Source of the DNA: the human T2T-CHM13v2.0 reference genome, Homo sapiens
Strand: one strand, 5' to 3'
Length of the DNA: 64,000 bases
NCBI RefSeq assembly: GCF_009914755.1
Contig: NC_060945.1
A program made the position numbers and the translations under genes. Positions 1-18,000 of this stretch are shown one piece after another (position 1 is the stretch's first letter; every line of letters begins with the position of its first letter). Under the pieces are notes generated by a model, which worked only from the letters and a program-made list of their open reading frames with translations, did not search any database and was not told the DNA's origin.

Positions 1-3000
1 TATACTGTACATAAAATATCAAAGAACCCAAGGTATATATTCTATACTGTACAAAAAATATCAAAGTACCCAAAGCATGTATTATATACTGTATATAAAA
101 TATGAAAGTACATCAAATATATATTTTATTCTGTACATAAAATATCAAAGTACACCAGATATATATTCTATAGTGTACATAAAATAACAAAGTACAAAAA
201 CTATAAATTATATACTGTACATAAAATATGAAATTACATCAAATATATATTAGTTACATAAAATATGAAAGTACATCAAATATAGATTATATACTGTACA
301 TAAAATATGAATGTACCCCAAATATATATTTTATACTCGACATGAAATATCAAAGTTCACAAACCATATAATGTATACTATACATAAAATATCAAAGTAC
401 CCAAGGTATATATTCTATACTGTACAAAAAATATCAAAGTACCCAAAGCATGTATTATATACTGTACATAAAATATGAAAGTACATCAAATATATATTTT
501 ATTCTGTACATAAAATATCAAAGTACACCAGATATATATTCTATAGTGTACATAAAATATCAAAGTACCCAAACTATACATTATATACTGTACATAAAAT
601 ATGAAATTACCTCAAATATATATTATATTAGGTACATAAAATATGAAAGTACATCAAATATAGATTATATACTGTACATTAAATACCAAAGTACCCCAAA
701 TATATATTTTATAGTGTACATGAAATATCACAGTTCACAAACTATATATTATATACTGTACATATAATATCAAAGTACCCAAGGTATATATTCTATACTG
801 TACAAAAAATATCAAAGTACCCAAAGCATGTATTATATACAGTACATAAAATATGAAAGTACATCAAATATATATTTTATTCTGTACATAAAATATCAAA
901 GTACACCAGATATATATTCTATAGTGTACATAAAATAACAAAGTACACAAACTATAAATTATATACTGTACATAAAATATGAAATTACATCAAATATATA
1001 TTAGGTATATAAATTATGAAAGTACATCAAATATAGATTTTATACTGTACATAAAATATCAATGTACCCCAAATATATATTTTATACTCTACATGAAATA
1101 CCAAAGTTCACAAACCATATATTATATACTGTACATAAAATATCAAAGTACCCAAGGTATATATTCTATACTGTACAAAAAATATCAAAGTACCCAAAGC
1201 ATGTATTATATACTGTACATAAAATATGAAAGTACATCAAATATGTATTTTATTCTGTACATAAAATATCAAAGTACACCAGATATATATTCTATAGTGT
1301 ACATAAAATATCAAAGTACCCAAACTATACATTATATACTGTACATAAAATATGAAATTACATCAAATATATATTATATTAGGTACATAAAATATGAAAG
1401 TACATCAAATATAGATTATATACTGTACATAAAATATCAAAGTACCCCAAATATATATTATATACTCTACATGAAATATCAAAGTTCACAAACTATATAT
1501 TATATACTGTACATAAAATATCAAAGTACCCAAGGTATATATTCTATAATGTACAAAAAATATCAAAGTACCCAAAGCGTGTATTATATACTGTATATAA
1601 AATGTGAAATTACATCAGATATATATTTTATTCTGTACATAAAATATCAAAGTACACCAGATATATATTCTATAGTGTACATAAAATATCAAAGTACCCA
1701 AACTATACATTATATACTGTACATAAAATATGAAATTACATCAAATATATATTATATTAGGTACATAAAATATGAAAGTACACCAAATATAGATTATATA
1801 CTGTACATTAAATACCAAAGTACCCCAAATCTATATTTTATACTGTACATGAAATATCAAAGTTCACAAACTGTATATTATATACTGTACATAAAATATC
1901 AAAGTACCCAAGGTATATATTCTATACTGTACAAAAAATATCAAAGTAACCAAAGCATGTATTATATACTGTACCTAAAATATGAAAGTTCATCAAATAT
2001 ATATTTTATTCTGTACATAAAATATCAAAGTACACTAGATATATATTCTATAGTGTACATAAAATACCAAAGTACCCAAACTATACATTATATACTGTAC
2101 ATAAAATATGAAATGACATCAAATATATATTATCTTAGGTATATAAAATATGAAAGTACATCAAATATAGATTATACACTGTACATAAAATATCAAAGTA
2201 CCCCAAATATATATTATATACTCTACATGAAATATCAAAGTTCACAAACTATATATTATATACTGTACATAAAATATCAAAGTACCCAAGGTATATATTC
2301 TATACTGTAAAAAAATATCAAAGTACCCAAAGCATGTATTATATACTGTACCTAAAATATGAAAGTACATCAAATATATATTTTATTCTGTACATAAAAT
2401 ATCAAAGTACACCAGATATATATTCTATAGTGTAAATAAAATATCAAAGTACCCAAACTATACATTATATACTGTACATAAAATATGAAATTACATCAAA
2501 TATATATTATATTAGGTTCATAAAATATGAAAGTACATCAAATATAGATTATATACTGTACACTAAATACCTAAGTACCCCAAATATATATTTTATACTG
2601 TACATGAAATATCAAAGTTCACAAACTATATATTATATACTGTACATAAAATATCAAAGTACCCAACGTATATATTCTATACTGTACAAAAAATATCAAA
2701 GTACCCAAATCATGTATTATATACTGTACCTAAAATATGAAAGTACATCAAATATATATTTTATTCTGTACATAAAATATCAAAGTACACCAGATATATA
2801 TTCTATAGTGTACATAAAATATCAAAGTACCCAAACTATACATTATATACTGTACATAAAATATGAAATTACATAAAATATATATTATATTAGGTACATA
2901 AAATATGAAAGTACATCAAATATAGATTATATACTGTACATAAAATATCAAAGTACCCCAAATATATATTATATACTCTACATGAAATATCAAAGTTCAC

Positions 3001-6000
3001 AAACCATATATTATATACTGTACATAAAATAAAGTACCCAAGGTATATATTCTATACTGTAGAAAAAATATCAAAGGACCCAAAGCATGTATTATATACT
3101 GTATATAAAATATGAAAGTACATCAAATATATAATTTATTCTGTACATATAATATCAAAGTACACCAGACATATATTCTATAGTGTACATAAAATAACAA
3201 AGTACAAAAACTATAAATTATATACTGTACATAAAATATGAAATTACATCTAATATATATTAGGTACATAAAATATGAAAGTACATCAAATATAGATTAT
3301 ATACTGTACATAAAATTTCAATGTACCCCAAATATATATTTTATACTCTACGTGAAATATCAAAGTTCACAAACCATATATTGTATACTGTACATAAAAT
3401 ATCAAAGTACCCAAGGTATATGTTCTATACTGTACAAAAAATATCAAAGTACCCAAAGCATGTATTATATACTGTACATAAAATATGAAAGTACATCATA
3501 TATATATTTAATTCCGTACATAAAATATCAAAGTACACCAGATATATATTCTATTGTGTACATAAAATATCAAAGTACACAAACTATACATTATATACTG
3601 TACATAAAATATGAAATTACATCAAATATATATTATATAAGGTACATAAAATATGAAAGTACATCAAATATAGATTATATACTGTACAATAAATACCAAA
3701 GAACCCCAAATATATATTATATACTGTACATTAAATACCAAAGATCCCCAAATATATATTATATACTCTACATGAAATATCAAAGTTCACAAACAATATA
3801 TTATATACTGTACATAAAATATCAAAGAACCCAAGGTATATATTCTATACTGTACAAAAAATATCAAAGTACCCAAAGCATGTATTATATACTGTATATA
3901 AAATATGAAAGTACATCAAATATATATTTTATTCTGTACATAAAATATCAAAGTACACCAGATATATATTCTATAGTGTACATAAAATAACAAAGTACAA
4001 AAACTATAAATTATATACTGTACATAAAATATGAAATTACATCAAATATATATTAGTTACATAAAATATGAAAGTACATCAAATATAGATTATATACTGT
4101 ACATAAAATATGAATGTACCCCAAATATATATTTTATACTCGACATGAAATATCAAAGTTCACAAACCATATAATATATACTATACATAAAATATCAAAG
4201 TACCCAAGGTATATATTCTATACTGTACAAAAAATATCAAAGTACCCAAAGCATGTATTATATACTGTACATAAAATATGAAAGTACATCAAATATATAT
4301 TTTATTCTGTACATAAAATATCAAAGTACACCAGATATATATTCTATAGTGTACATAAAATATCAAAGTACCCAAACTATACATTATATACTGTACATAA
4401 AATATGAAATTACCTCAAATATATATTATATTAGGTACATAAAATATGAAAGTACATCAAATATAGATTATATACTGTACATTAAATACCAAAGTACCCC
4501 AAATATATATTTTATAGTGTACATGAAATATCACAGTTCACAAACTATATATTATATACTGTACATATAATATCAAAGTACCCAAGGTATATATTCTATA
4601 CTGTACAAAAAATATCAAAGTACCCAAAGCATGTATTATATACAGTACATAAAATATGAAAGTACATCAAATATATATTTTATTCTGTACATAAAATATC
4701 AAAGTACACCAGATATATATTCTATAGTGTACATAAAATAACAAAGTACACAAACTATAAATTATATACTGTACATAAAATATGAAATTACATCAAATAT
4801 ATATTAGGTATATAAATTATGAAAGTACATCAAATATAGATTTTATACTGTACATAAAATATCAATGTACCCCAAATATATATTTTATACTCTACATGAA
4901 ATACCAAAGTTCACAAACCATATATTATATACTGTACATAAAATATCAAAGTACCCAAGGTATATATTCTATACTGTACAAAAAATATCAAAGTACCCAA
5001 AGCATGTATTATATACTGTACATAAAATATGAAAGTACATCAAATATGTATTTTATTCTGTACATAAAATATCAAAGTACACCAGATATATATTCTATAG
5101 TGTACATAAAATATCAAAGTACCCAAACTATACATTATATACTGTACATAAAATATGAAATTACATCAAATATATATTATATTAGGTACATAAAATATGA
5201 AAGTACATCAAATATAGATTATATACTGTACATAAAATATCAAAGTACCCCAAATATATATTATATACTCTACATGAAATATCAAAGTTCACAAACTATA
5301 TATTATATACTGTACATAAAATATCAAAGTACCCAAGGTATATATTCTATAATGTACAAAAAATATCAAAGTACCCAAAGCGTGTATTATATACTGTATA
5401 TAAAATGTGAAATTACATCAGATATATATTTTATTCTGTACATAAAATATCAAAGTACACCAGATATATATTCTATAGTGTACATAAAATATCAAAGTAC
5501 CCAAACTATACATTATATACTGTACATAAAATATGAAATTACATCAAATATATATTATATTAGGTACATAAAATATGAAAGTACACCAAATATAGATTAT
5601 ATACTGTACATTAAATACCAAAGTACCCCAAATCTATATTTTATACTGTACATGAAATATCAAAGTTCACAAACTGTATATTATATACTGTACATAAAAT
5701 ATCAAAGTACCCAAGGTATATATTCTATACTGTACAAAAAATATCAAAGTAACCAAAGCATGTATTATATACTGTACCTAAAATATGAAAGTTCATCAAA
5801 TATATATTTTATTCTGTACATAAAATATCAAAGTACACTAGATATATATTCTATAGTGTACATAAAATACCAAAGTACCCAAACTATACATTATATACTG
5901 TACATAAAATATGAAATGACATCAAATATATATTATCTTAGGTATATAAAATATGAAAGTACATCAAATATAGATTATACACTGTACATAAAATATCAAA

Positions 6001-9000
6001 GTACCCCAAATATATATTATATACTCTACATGAAATATCAAAGTTCACAAACTTTATATTATATACTGTACATAAAATAAAGTCCCCAAGGTATATATTC
6101 TATACTGTAGAAAAAATATCAAAGTACCCAAAGCATGTATTATATACTGTATATAAAATATGAAAGTACATCAAATATATATTTTATTCTGTACATAATA
6201 TATCAAAGTACACCAGATATATATTCTATAGTGTACATAAAATAACAAAGTACAAAAACTATAAATTATATACTGTACATAAAATATGGTATTACATCAA
6301 ATATATATTAGCTACATAAAATATGAAAGTACATCAAATATAGATTATATACTGTACATAAAATTTCAATGTACCCCAAATATATATTTTATACTCTACA
6401 TGAAATATCAAAGTTCACAAACCATATATTATATACTGTACATAAAATATCAAAGTACCCAAGGTATATATTCTATACTATACAAAAAATATCAAAGTAC
6501 CCAAAGCATGTATTATATACTGTACCTAAAATATGAAAGTACATCAAATATATATTTTATTCTGTACATAAAATATCAAAGTACACCAGATATACATTCT
6601 ATAGTGTACATAAAATATCAAAGTACCCAAACTATACATTATATACTGTACATAAAATATGAAATTACATCAAATATATTTTATATTAGGTACATAAAAT
6701 ATGAAAGTACATCAAATATAGATTATATACTGTACATTAAATACCAAAGTACCCCAAATATATATTTTATACTGTACATGAAATATCAAAGTTCACAAAC
6801 TATATATTATATACTGTACATATAATATCAAAGTACCCAAGGTATATATTCTATACTGTACAAAAAATAACAAAGTACCAAAAGCATGTATAATATACTG
6901 TACATAAAATATGAAAGTACATCAAATATATATTTTATTCTGTACATAAAATATCAAAGTACACCAGATATATATTCTATAGTGTACATAAAATATCAAA
7001 GTACCCAAACTATACATTATATACTGTACATAAAATATGAAATTACATCAAATATATATTATATTAGGTACATAAAATATGAAAGTACATCAAATATAGA
7101 TTATATACTGTACATTAAATACCAAAGTACCCCAAATATATATTTTATACTGTACATGAAATATCAAAGTTCACAAACTATATATTATATACTGTACATA
7201 AATTATCAAAGTACCCAAGGTATATATTCTATACTGTACAAAAAATATCAAAGTACCCAAAGCATGTATTATATACTGTACATAAAATATGAAAGTACAT
7301 CAAATATATATTTTATTCTGTACATAATATATCAAAGTACACCAGATATATATTCTATAGTGTACATAAAATAACAAAGAACACAAACTATACATTATAT
7401 ACTGTACATAAAATATGAAATTACATCAAATATATATTAGGTGCATAAAATATGAAAGTACATCAAATATAGATTATATACTGTACATAAAATATCAATG
7501 TACCCCAAATATATATTTTATACTATATATGAAATATCAAAGTTCACAAACCATATATTGTATACTGTACATAAAATATCAAAGTACCCAAGGTATATGT
7601 TCTATACTGTACAAAAAATATCAAAGTACCCAAAGCATGTATTATATACTGTACATAAAATATGAAAGTACATCAAATATATATTTTATTCCGTACATAA
7701 AATATCAAAGTACACCAGATATATATTCTATAGTGTACATAAAATATCAAAGTACACAAACTATACATTATATACTGTACATAAAATATGAAATTACATC
7801 AAATATATATTATATAAGGTACATAAAATATGAAAGTACATCAAATATAGATTATATACTGTACAATAAATACCAAAGAACCCCAAATATATATTATATA
7901 CTGTACATTAAATACCAAAGAACCCAAAATATATATTATATACTCTACATGAAATATCAAAGTTCACAAACTATATATTATATACTGTACATATAATATC
8001 AAAGTACCCAAGGTATATATTCTATACTGTACAAAAAATATCAAAGTACCCAAAGCATGTATTATATACAGTACATAAAATATGAAAGTACATCAAATAT
8101 ATATTTTATTCTGTACATAAAATATCAAAGTACACCAGATATATATTCTATAGTGTACATAAAATAACAAAGTACACAAACTATACATTATATACTGTAC
8201 ATAAAATATGAAATTACATCAAATATATATTAGGTACATAAAATATGAAAGTACATCAAATATAGATTATATACTGTACATGAAATATCAAAGTACCCCA
8301 ATATATATTTTATACTCTACATGAAATACCAAAGTTCACAAACCATATATTATATACTGTACATAAAATATCAAAGTACCCAAGGTATATATTCTATACT
8401 GTACAAAAAATATCAAAGTACCCAAAGCATGTATTATATACTGTACATAAAATATGAAAGTACATCAAATATGTATTTTATTCTGTACATAAAATATCAA
8501 AGTACACCAGATATATATTCTATAGTGTACATAAAATATCAAAGTACCCAAACTATACATTATATACTGTACATAAAATATGAAATTACATCAAATATAT
8601 ATTATATTAGGTACATAAAATATGAAAGTACATCAAATATAGATTATATACTGTACATAAAATATCAAAGTACCCCAAATATATATTATATACTCTACAA
8701 GAAATATCAAAGTTCACAAACTATATATTATATACTGTACATAAAATATCAAAGTACCCAAGGTATATATTCTATAATGTACAAAAAATATCAAAGTACC
8801 CAAAGCGTGTATTATATACTGTATATAAAATGTGAAATTACATCAGATATATATTTTATTCTGTACATAAAATATCAAAGTACACCAGATATATATTCTA
8901 TAGTGTACATAAAATATCAAAGAACCCAAACTATACATTATATACTGTACATAAAATATGAAATTACATCAAATATATATTATATTAGGTACATAAAATA

Positions 9001-12000
9001 TGAAAGTACATCAAATATAGATTATATACTGTACATTAAATACCAAAGTACCCCAAATATATATTTTATACTCTACATGAAATATCAAAGTTCACAAACT
9101 ATATATTATATACTGTACATAAAATATCAAAGTACCCAAGGTATATATTCTATACTGTAAAAAAATATCAAAGTACCCAAAGCATGTATTATATACTGTA
9201 CCTAAAATATGAAAGTACATCAAATATATATTTTATTCTGTACATAAAATATCAAAGTACACCAGATATATATTCTATAGTGTAAATAAAATATCAAAGT
9301 ACCCAAACTATACATTATATACTGTACATAAAATATGAAATTACATCAAATATATATTATATTAGGTACATAAAATATGAAAGTACATCAAATATAGATT
9401 ATACACTGTACATAAAATATCAAAGTACCCCAAATATATATTATATACTCTACATGAAATATCAAAGTTCACAAACTATATATTATATACTGTACATAAA
9501 ATAAAGTCCCCAAGGTATATATTCTATACTGTAGAAAAAATATCAAAGTACCCAAAGCATGTATTATATACTGTATATAAAATATGAAAGTACATCAAAT
9601 ATATATTTTATTCTGTACATAATATATCAAAGTACACCAGATATATATTCTATAGTGTACATAAAATAACAAAGTACAAAAACTATAAATTATATACTGT
9701 ACATAAAATATGGAATTACATCAAATATATATTAGGTACATAAAATATGAAAGTACATCAAATATAGATTATATACTGTACATAAAATTTCAATGTACCC
9801 CAAATATATATTTTATACTCTACATGAAATATCAAAGTTCACAAACCATATATTATATACTTTACATAAAATATCAAAGTACCCAAGGTATATATTCTAT
9901 ACTATACAAAAAATATCAAAGTAGCAAAGCATGTATTATATACTGTACCTAAAATATGAAAGTACATCAAATATATATTTTATTCTGTACATAAAATATC
10001 AAAGTACACCAGATATATATTCTATAGTGTACATAAAATATCAAAGTACCCAAACTATACATTATATACTGTACATAAAATATGAAATTACATCAAATAT
10101 ATTTTATATTAGGTACATAAAATATGAAAGTACATCAAATATAGATTATATACTGTACATTAAATACCAAAGTACCACAAATATATATTTTATACTGTAC
10201 ATGAAATATCAAAGTTCACAAACTATATATTATATACTGTACATATAATATCAAAGTACACAAGGTATATATTCTATACTGTACAAAAAATAACAAAGTA
10301 CCAAAAGCATGTATAATATACTGTACATAAAATATGAAAGTACATCAAATATATATTTTATTCTGTACATAAAATATCAAAGTACACCAGATATATATTC
10401 TATAGTGTACATAAAATATCAAAGTACCCAAACTATACATTATATACTGTAAATAAAATATGAAATTACATCAAATATATTTTATATTAGGTACATAAAA
10501 TATGAAAGTACATCAAATATAGATTATATACTGTACATTAAATACCAAAGTACCCCAAATATATATTTTATACTGTACATGAAATATCAAAGTTCACAAA
10601 CTATATATTATATACTGTACATAAATTATCAAAGTACCCAAGGTATATATTCTATACTGTACAAAAAATATCAAAGTACCCAAAGCATGTATTATATACT
10701 GTACATAAAATATGAAAGTACATCAAATATATATTTTATTCTGTACATAATATATCAAAGTACACCAGATATATATTCTATAGTGTACATAAAATAACAA
10801 AGTACACAAACTATACATTATATACTGTACATAAAATATGAAATTACATCAAATATATATTAGGTACATAAAATATGAAAGTACATCAAATATAGATTAT
10901 ATACTGTACATAAAATATCAATGTACCCCAAATATATATTTTATACTATACATGAAATATCAAAGTTCACAAACCATATATTGTATACTGTACATAAAAT
11001 ATCAAAGTACCCAAGGTATATGTTCTATACTGTACAAAAAATATCAAAGTACCCAAAGCATATATTATATACTGTACATAAAATATGAAAGTACATCAAA
11101 TATATATTTTATTCCGTACATAAAAGATCAAAGTACACCAGATATATATTCTATAGTGTACATAAAATATCAAAGTACACAAACTATACATTATATACTG
11201 TACATAAAATATGAAATTACATCAAATATATATTATATTAGGTACATAAAATATGAAAGTACATCAAATATAGATTATATACTGTACATTAAATACCAAA
11301 GAACCCCAAATATATATTATATACTCTACATGAAATATCAAAGTTCACAAACTATATATTATATACTGTACATAAAATATCAAAGTACACAAGGTATATA
11401 TTCTATACTGTACAAAAAATATCAAAGTACCCAAAGCATGTATTATATACTGTATATAAAATATGAAAGTACATCAAATATATATTTTATTCTGTACATA
11501 AAATATCAAAGTACACCAGATATATATTCTATAGTGTACATAAAATAACAAAGTACACAAACTATAAATTATATACTGTACATAAAATATGAAATTACAT
11601 CAAATATATATTAGGTACATAAAATATGAAAGTACATCAAATATAGATTATATACTGTACATAAAATATCAATGTACCCCAAATATATATTTTATACTCG
11701 ACATGAAATATCAAAGTTCACAAACCATATAATATATACTGTACATAAAATATCAAAGTACCCAAGGTATATATTCTATACTGTACAAAAAATATCAAAG
11801 TACCCAAAGCATGTATTATATACTGTACCTAAAATATGAAAGTACATCAAATATATATTTTATTCTGTACATAAAATATCAAAGTACACCAGATATATAT
11901 TCTATAGTGTACATAAAATATCAAAGTACCCAAACTATACATTATATACTGTACATAAAATATGAAATTACATCAAATATATATTATATTAGGTACATAA

Positions 12001-15000
12001 AATATGAAAGTACATCAAATATAGATTATATACTGTACATTAAATACCAAAGTACCCCAAATATATATTTTATACTGTACATGAAATATCAAAGTTCACA
12101 AACTATATATTATATACTGTACATATAATATCAAAGTACCCAAGGTATATATTCTATACTGTACAAAAAATATCAAAGTACCTAAAGCATGTATTATATA
12201 CAGTACATAAAATATGAAAGTACATCAAATATATATTTTATTCTGTACATAAAATATCAAAGTACACCAGATATATATTCTATAGTGTACATAAAATAAC
12301 AAAGTACACAAACTATAAATTATATACTGTACATAAAATATGAAATTACATCAAATATATATTAGGTACATAAAATATGAAAGTACATCAAATATAGATT
12401 ATATACTGTACATAAAATATCAATGTACCCCAAATATATATTTTATACTCTACATGAAATACCAAAGTTCACAAACCATATATTATATACTGTACATAAA
12501 ATATCAAAGTACCCAAGGTATATATTCTATACTGTACAAAAAATATCAAAGTACCCAAAGCATGTATTATATACTGTACATAAAATATGAAAGTACATCA
12601 AATATATATTTTATTCTGTACATAAAATATCAAAGTACACCAGATATATATTCTATAGTGTACATAAAATATCAAAGTACCCAAACTATACATTATATAC
12701 TGTACATAAAATATGAAATTACATCAAATATATATTATATTAGGTACATAAAATATGAAAGTACATCAAATATAGATTATATACTGTACATTAAATACCA
12801 AAGTACCCCAAATATATATTTTATACTGTACATGAAATATCAAAGTTCACAAACTATATATTATATACTGTACATAAAATATCAAAGTACCCAAGGTATA
12901 TATTCTATACTGTACAAAAAATATCAAAGTACCCAAAGCATGTATTATATACTGTACCTAAAATATGAAAGTACATCAAATATATATTTTATTCTGTACA
13001 TAAATTATCAAAGTACACCAGATATATATTCTATAGTGTACATAAAATATCAAAGTACCCAAACTATACATTATATACTGTACATAAAATATGAAATTAC
13101 ATCAAATATATATTATATTAGGTACATAAAATATGAAAGTACATCAAATATAGATTATACACTGTACATAAAATATCAAAGTACCCCAAATATATATTAT
13201 ATACTCTACATGAAATATCAAAGTTCACAAACTATATATTATATACTGTACATAAAATAAAGTCCCCAAGGTATATATTCTATACTGTAGAAAAAATATC
13301 AAAGTACCCAAAGCATGTATTATATACTGTATATAAAATATGAAATTACATCAAATATATATTTTATTCTGTACATAATATATCAAAGTACACCAGATAT
13401 ATATTCTATAGTGTACATAAAATAACAAAGTACAAAAACTATAAATTATATACTGTACATAAAATATGAAATTACATCAAATATATATTAGGTACATAAA
13501 ATATGAAAGTACATCAAATATAGATTATATACTGTACATAAAATTTCAATGTACCCCAAATATATATTTTATACTCTACATGAAATATCAAAGTTCACAA
13601 ACCATATATTATATACTGTACATAAAATATCAAAGTACCCAAGGTATATATTCTATACTATACAAAAAATATCAAAGTACCCAAAGCATGTATTATATAC
13701 TGTACCTAAAATATGAAAGTACATCGAATATATATTTTATTCTGTACATAAAATATCAAAGTACACCAGATATATATTCTATAGTGTACATAAAATATCA
13801 AAGTACCCAAACTATACATTATATACTGTACATAAAATATGAAATTACATCAAATATATTTTATATTAGGTACATAAAATATGAAAGTACATCAAATATA
13901 GATTATATACTGTACATTAAATACCAAAGTACCCCAAATATATATTTTATACTGTACATGAAATATCAAAGTTCACAAACTATATATTATATACTGTACA
14001 TATAATATCAAAGTACCCAAGGTATATATTCTATACTGTACAAAAAATAACAAAGTACCAAAAGCATGTATAATATACTGTACATAAAATATGAAAGTAC
14101 ATCAAATATATATTTTATTCTGTACATAAAATATCAAAGTACACCAGATATATATTCTATAGTGTACATAAAATATCAAAGTACCCAAACTATACATTAT
14201 ATACTGTAAATAAAATATGAAATTACATCAAATATATTTTATATTAGGTACATAAAATATGAAAGTACATCAAATATAGATTATATACTGTACATTAAAT
14301 ACCAAAGTACCCCAAATATATAATTTACACTGTACATGAAATATCAAAGTTCACAAACTATATATTATATACTGTACATAAATTATCAAAGTACCCAAGG
14401 TATATATTCTATACTGTACAAAAAATATGAAAGTACCCAAAGCATGTATTATATACTGTACATAAAATATGTAAGTACATCAAATATATATTTTATTCTG
14501 TACATAATATATCAAAGTACACCAGATATATATTCTATAGTGTACATAAAATAACAAAGTACACAAACTATACATTATATACTGTACATAAAATATGAAA
14601 TTACATCAAATATATATTAGGTACATAAAATATGAAAGAACATCAAATATAGATTATATACTGTACATAAAATATCAATGTACCCCAAATATATATTTTA
14701 TACTATACATGAAATATCAAAGTTCACAAACCATATATTGTATACTGTACATAAAATATCAAAGTACCCAAGGTATATGTTCTATACTGTACAAAAAATA
14801 TCAAAGTACCCAAAGCATGTATTATATACTGTACATAAAATATGAAAGTACATCAAATATATATTTTATTCCGTACATAAAAGATCAAAGTACACCAGAT
14901 ATATATTCTATAGTGTACATAAAATATAAAAGTACACAAACTATACATTATATACTGTACATAAAATATGAAATTACATCAAATATATATTATATTAGGT

Positions 15001-18000
15001 ACATAAAATATGAAAGTACATCAAATATAGATTATATACTGTACATTAAATACCAAAGAACCCCAAATATATATTATATACTCTACATGAAATATCAAAG
15101 TTCACAAACTATATATTATATACTGTACATAAAATATCAAAGTACCCAAGGTATATATTCTATACTGTACAAAAAATATCAAAGTACCCAAAGCATGTAT
15201 TATATACTGTATATAAAATATGAAAGTACATCAAATATATATTTTATTCTGTACATAAAATATCAAAGTACACCAGATATATATTCTGTAGTGTACATAA
15301 AATAACAAAGTACACAAACTATAAATTATATACTGTACATAAAATATGAAATTACATCAAATATATATTAGGTACATAAAATATGAAAGTACATCAAATA
15401 TAGATTATATACTGTACATAAAATATCAATGTACCCCAAATATATATTTTATACTCGACATGAAATATCAAAGTTCACAAACCATATAATATATACTGTA
15501 CATAAAATATCAAAGTACCCAAGGTATATATTCTATACTGTACAAAAAATATCAAAGTACCCAAAGCATGTATTATATACTGTACCTAAAATATGAAAGT
15601 ACATCAAATATATATTTTATTCTGTACATAAAATATCAAAGTACACCAGATATATATTCTATAGTGTACATAAAATATCAAAGTACCCAAACTATACATT
15701 ATATACTGTACATAAAATATGAAATTACATCAAATATATATTATATTAGGTACATAAAATATGAAAGTACATCATATATAGATTATATACTGTACATTAA
15801 ATACCAAAGTACCCCAAATATATATTTTATACTGTACATGAAATATCAAAGTTCACAAACTATATATTATATACTGTACATATAATATCAAAGTACCCAA
15901 GGTATATATTCTATACTGTACAAAAAATATCAAAGTACCTAAAGCATGTATTATATACAGTACATAAAATATGAAAGTACATCAAATATATATTTTATTC
16001 TGTACATAAAATATCAAAGTACACCAGATATATATTCTATAGTGTACATAAAATAACAAAGTACACAAACTATAAATTATATACTGTACATAAAATATGA
16101 AATTACATCAAATATATATTAGGTACATAAAATATGAAAGTACATCAAATATAGATTATATACTGTACATAAAATATCAATGTACCCCAAATATATATTT
16201 TATACTCTACATGAAATACCAAAGTTCACAAACCATATATTATATACTGTACATAAAATATCAAAGTACCCAAGGTATATATTCTATACTGTACAAAAAA
16301 TATCAAAGTACCCAAAGCATGTATTATATACTGTACATAAAATATGAAAGTACATCAAATATATATTTTATTCTGTACATAAAATATCAAAGTACACCAG
16401 ATATATATTCTATAGTGTACATAAAATATCAAAGTACCCAAACTATACATTATATACTGTACATAAAATATGAAATTACATCAAATATATATTATATTAG
16501 GTACATAAAATATGAAAGTACATCAAATATAGATTATATACTGTACATTAAATACCAAAGTACCCCAAATATATATTTTATACTGTACATGAAATATCAA
16601 AGTTCACAAACTATATATTATATACTGTACATAAAATATCAAAGTACCCAAGGTATATATTCTATACTGTACAAAAAATATCAAAGTACCCAAAGCATGT
16701 ATTATATACTGTACCTAAAATATGAAAGTACATCAAATATATATTTTATTCTGTACATAAATTATCAAAGTACACCAGATATATATTCTATAGTGTACAT
16801 AAAATATCAAAGTACCCAAACTATACATTATATACTGTACATAAAATATGAAATTACATCAAATATATATTATATTAGGTACATAAAATATGAAAGTACA
16901 TCAAATATAGATTATACACTGTACATAAAATATCAAAGTACCCCAAATATATATTATATACTCTACATGAAATATCAAAGTTCACAAACTATATATTATA
17001 TACTGTACATAAAATAAAGTCCCCAAGGTATATATTCTATACTGTAGAAAAAATATCAAAGTACCCAAAGCATGTATTATATACTGTATATAAAATATGA
17101 AATTACATCAAATATATATTTTATTCTGTACATAATATATCAAAGTACACCAGATATATATTCTATAGTGTACATAAAATAACAAAGTACAAAAACTATA
17201 AATTATATACTGTACATAAAATATGAAATTACATCAAATATATATTAGGTACATAAAATATGAAAGTACATCAAATATAGATTATATACTGTACATAAAA
17301 TTTCAATGTACCCCAAATATATATTTTATACTCTACATGAAATATCAAAGTTCACAAACCATATATTATATACTGTACATAAAATATCAAAGTACCCAAG
17401 GTATATATTCTATACTATACAAAAAATATCAAAGTACCCAAAGCATGTATTATATACTGTACCTAAAATATGAAAGTACATCGAATATATATTTTATTCT
17501 GTACATAAAATATCAAAGTACACCAGATATATATTCTATAGTGTACATAAAATATCAAAGTACCCAAACTATACATTATATACTGTACATAAAATATGAA
17601 ATTACATCAAATATATTTTATATTAGGTACATAAAATATGAAAGTACATCAAATATAGATTATATACTGTACATTAAATACCAAAGTACCCCAAATATAT
17701 ATTTTATACTGTACATGAAATATCAAAGTTCACAAACTATATATTATATACTGTACATATAATATCAAAGTACCCAAGGTATATATTCTATACTGTACAA
17801 AAAATAACAAAGTACCAAAAGCATGTATAATATACTGTACATAAAATATGAAAGTACATCAAATATATATTTTATTCTGTACATAAAATATCAAAGTACA
17901 CCAGATATATATTCTATAGTGTACATAAAATATCAAAGTACCCAAACTATACATTATATACTGTAAATAAAATATGAAATTACATCAAATATATTTTATA

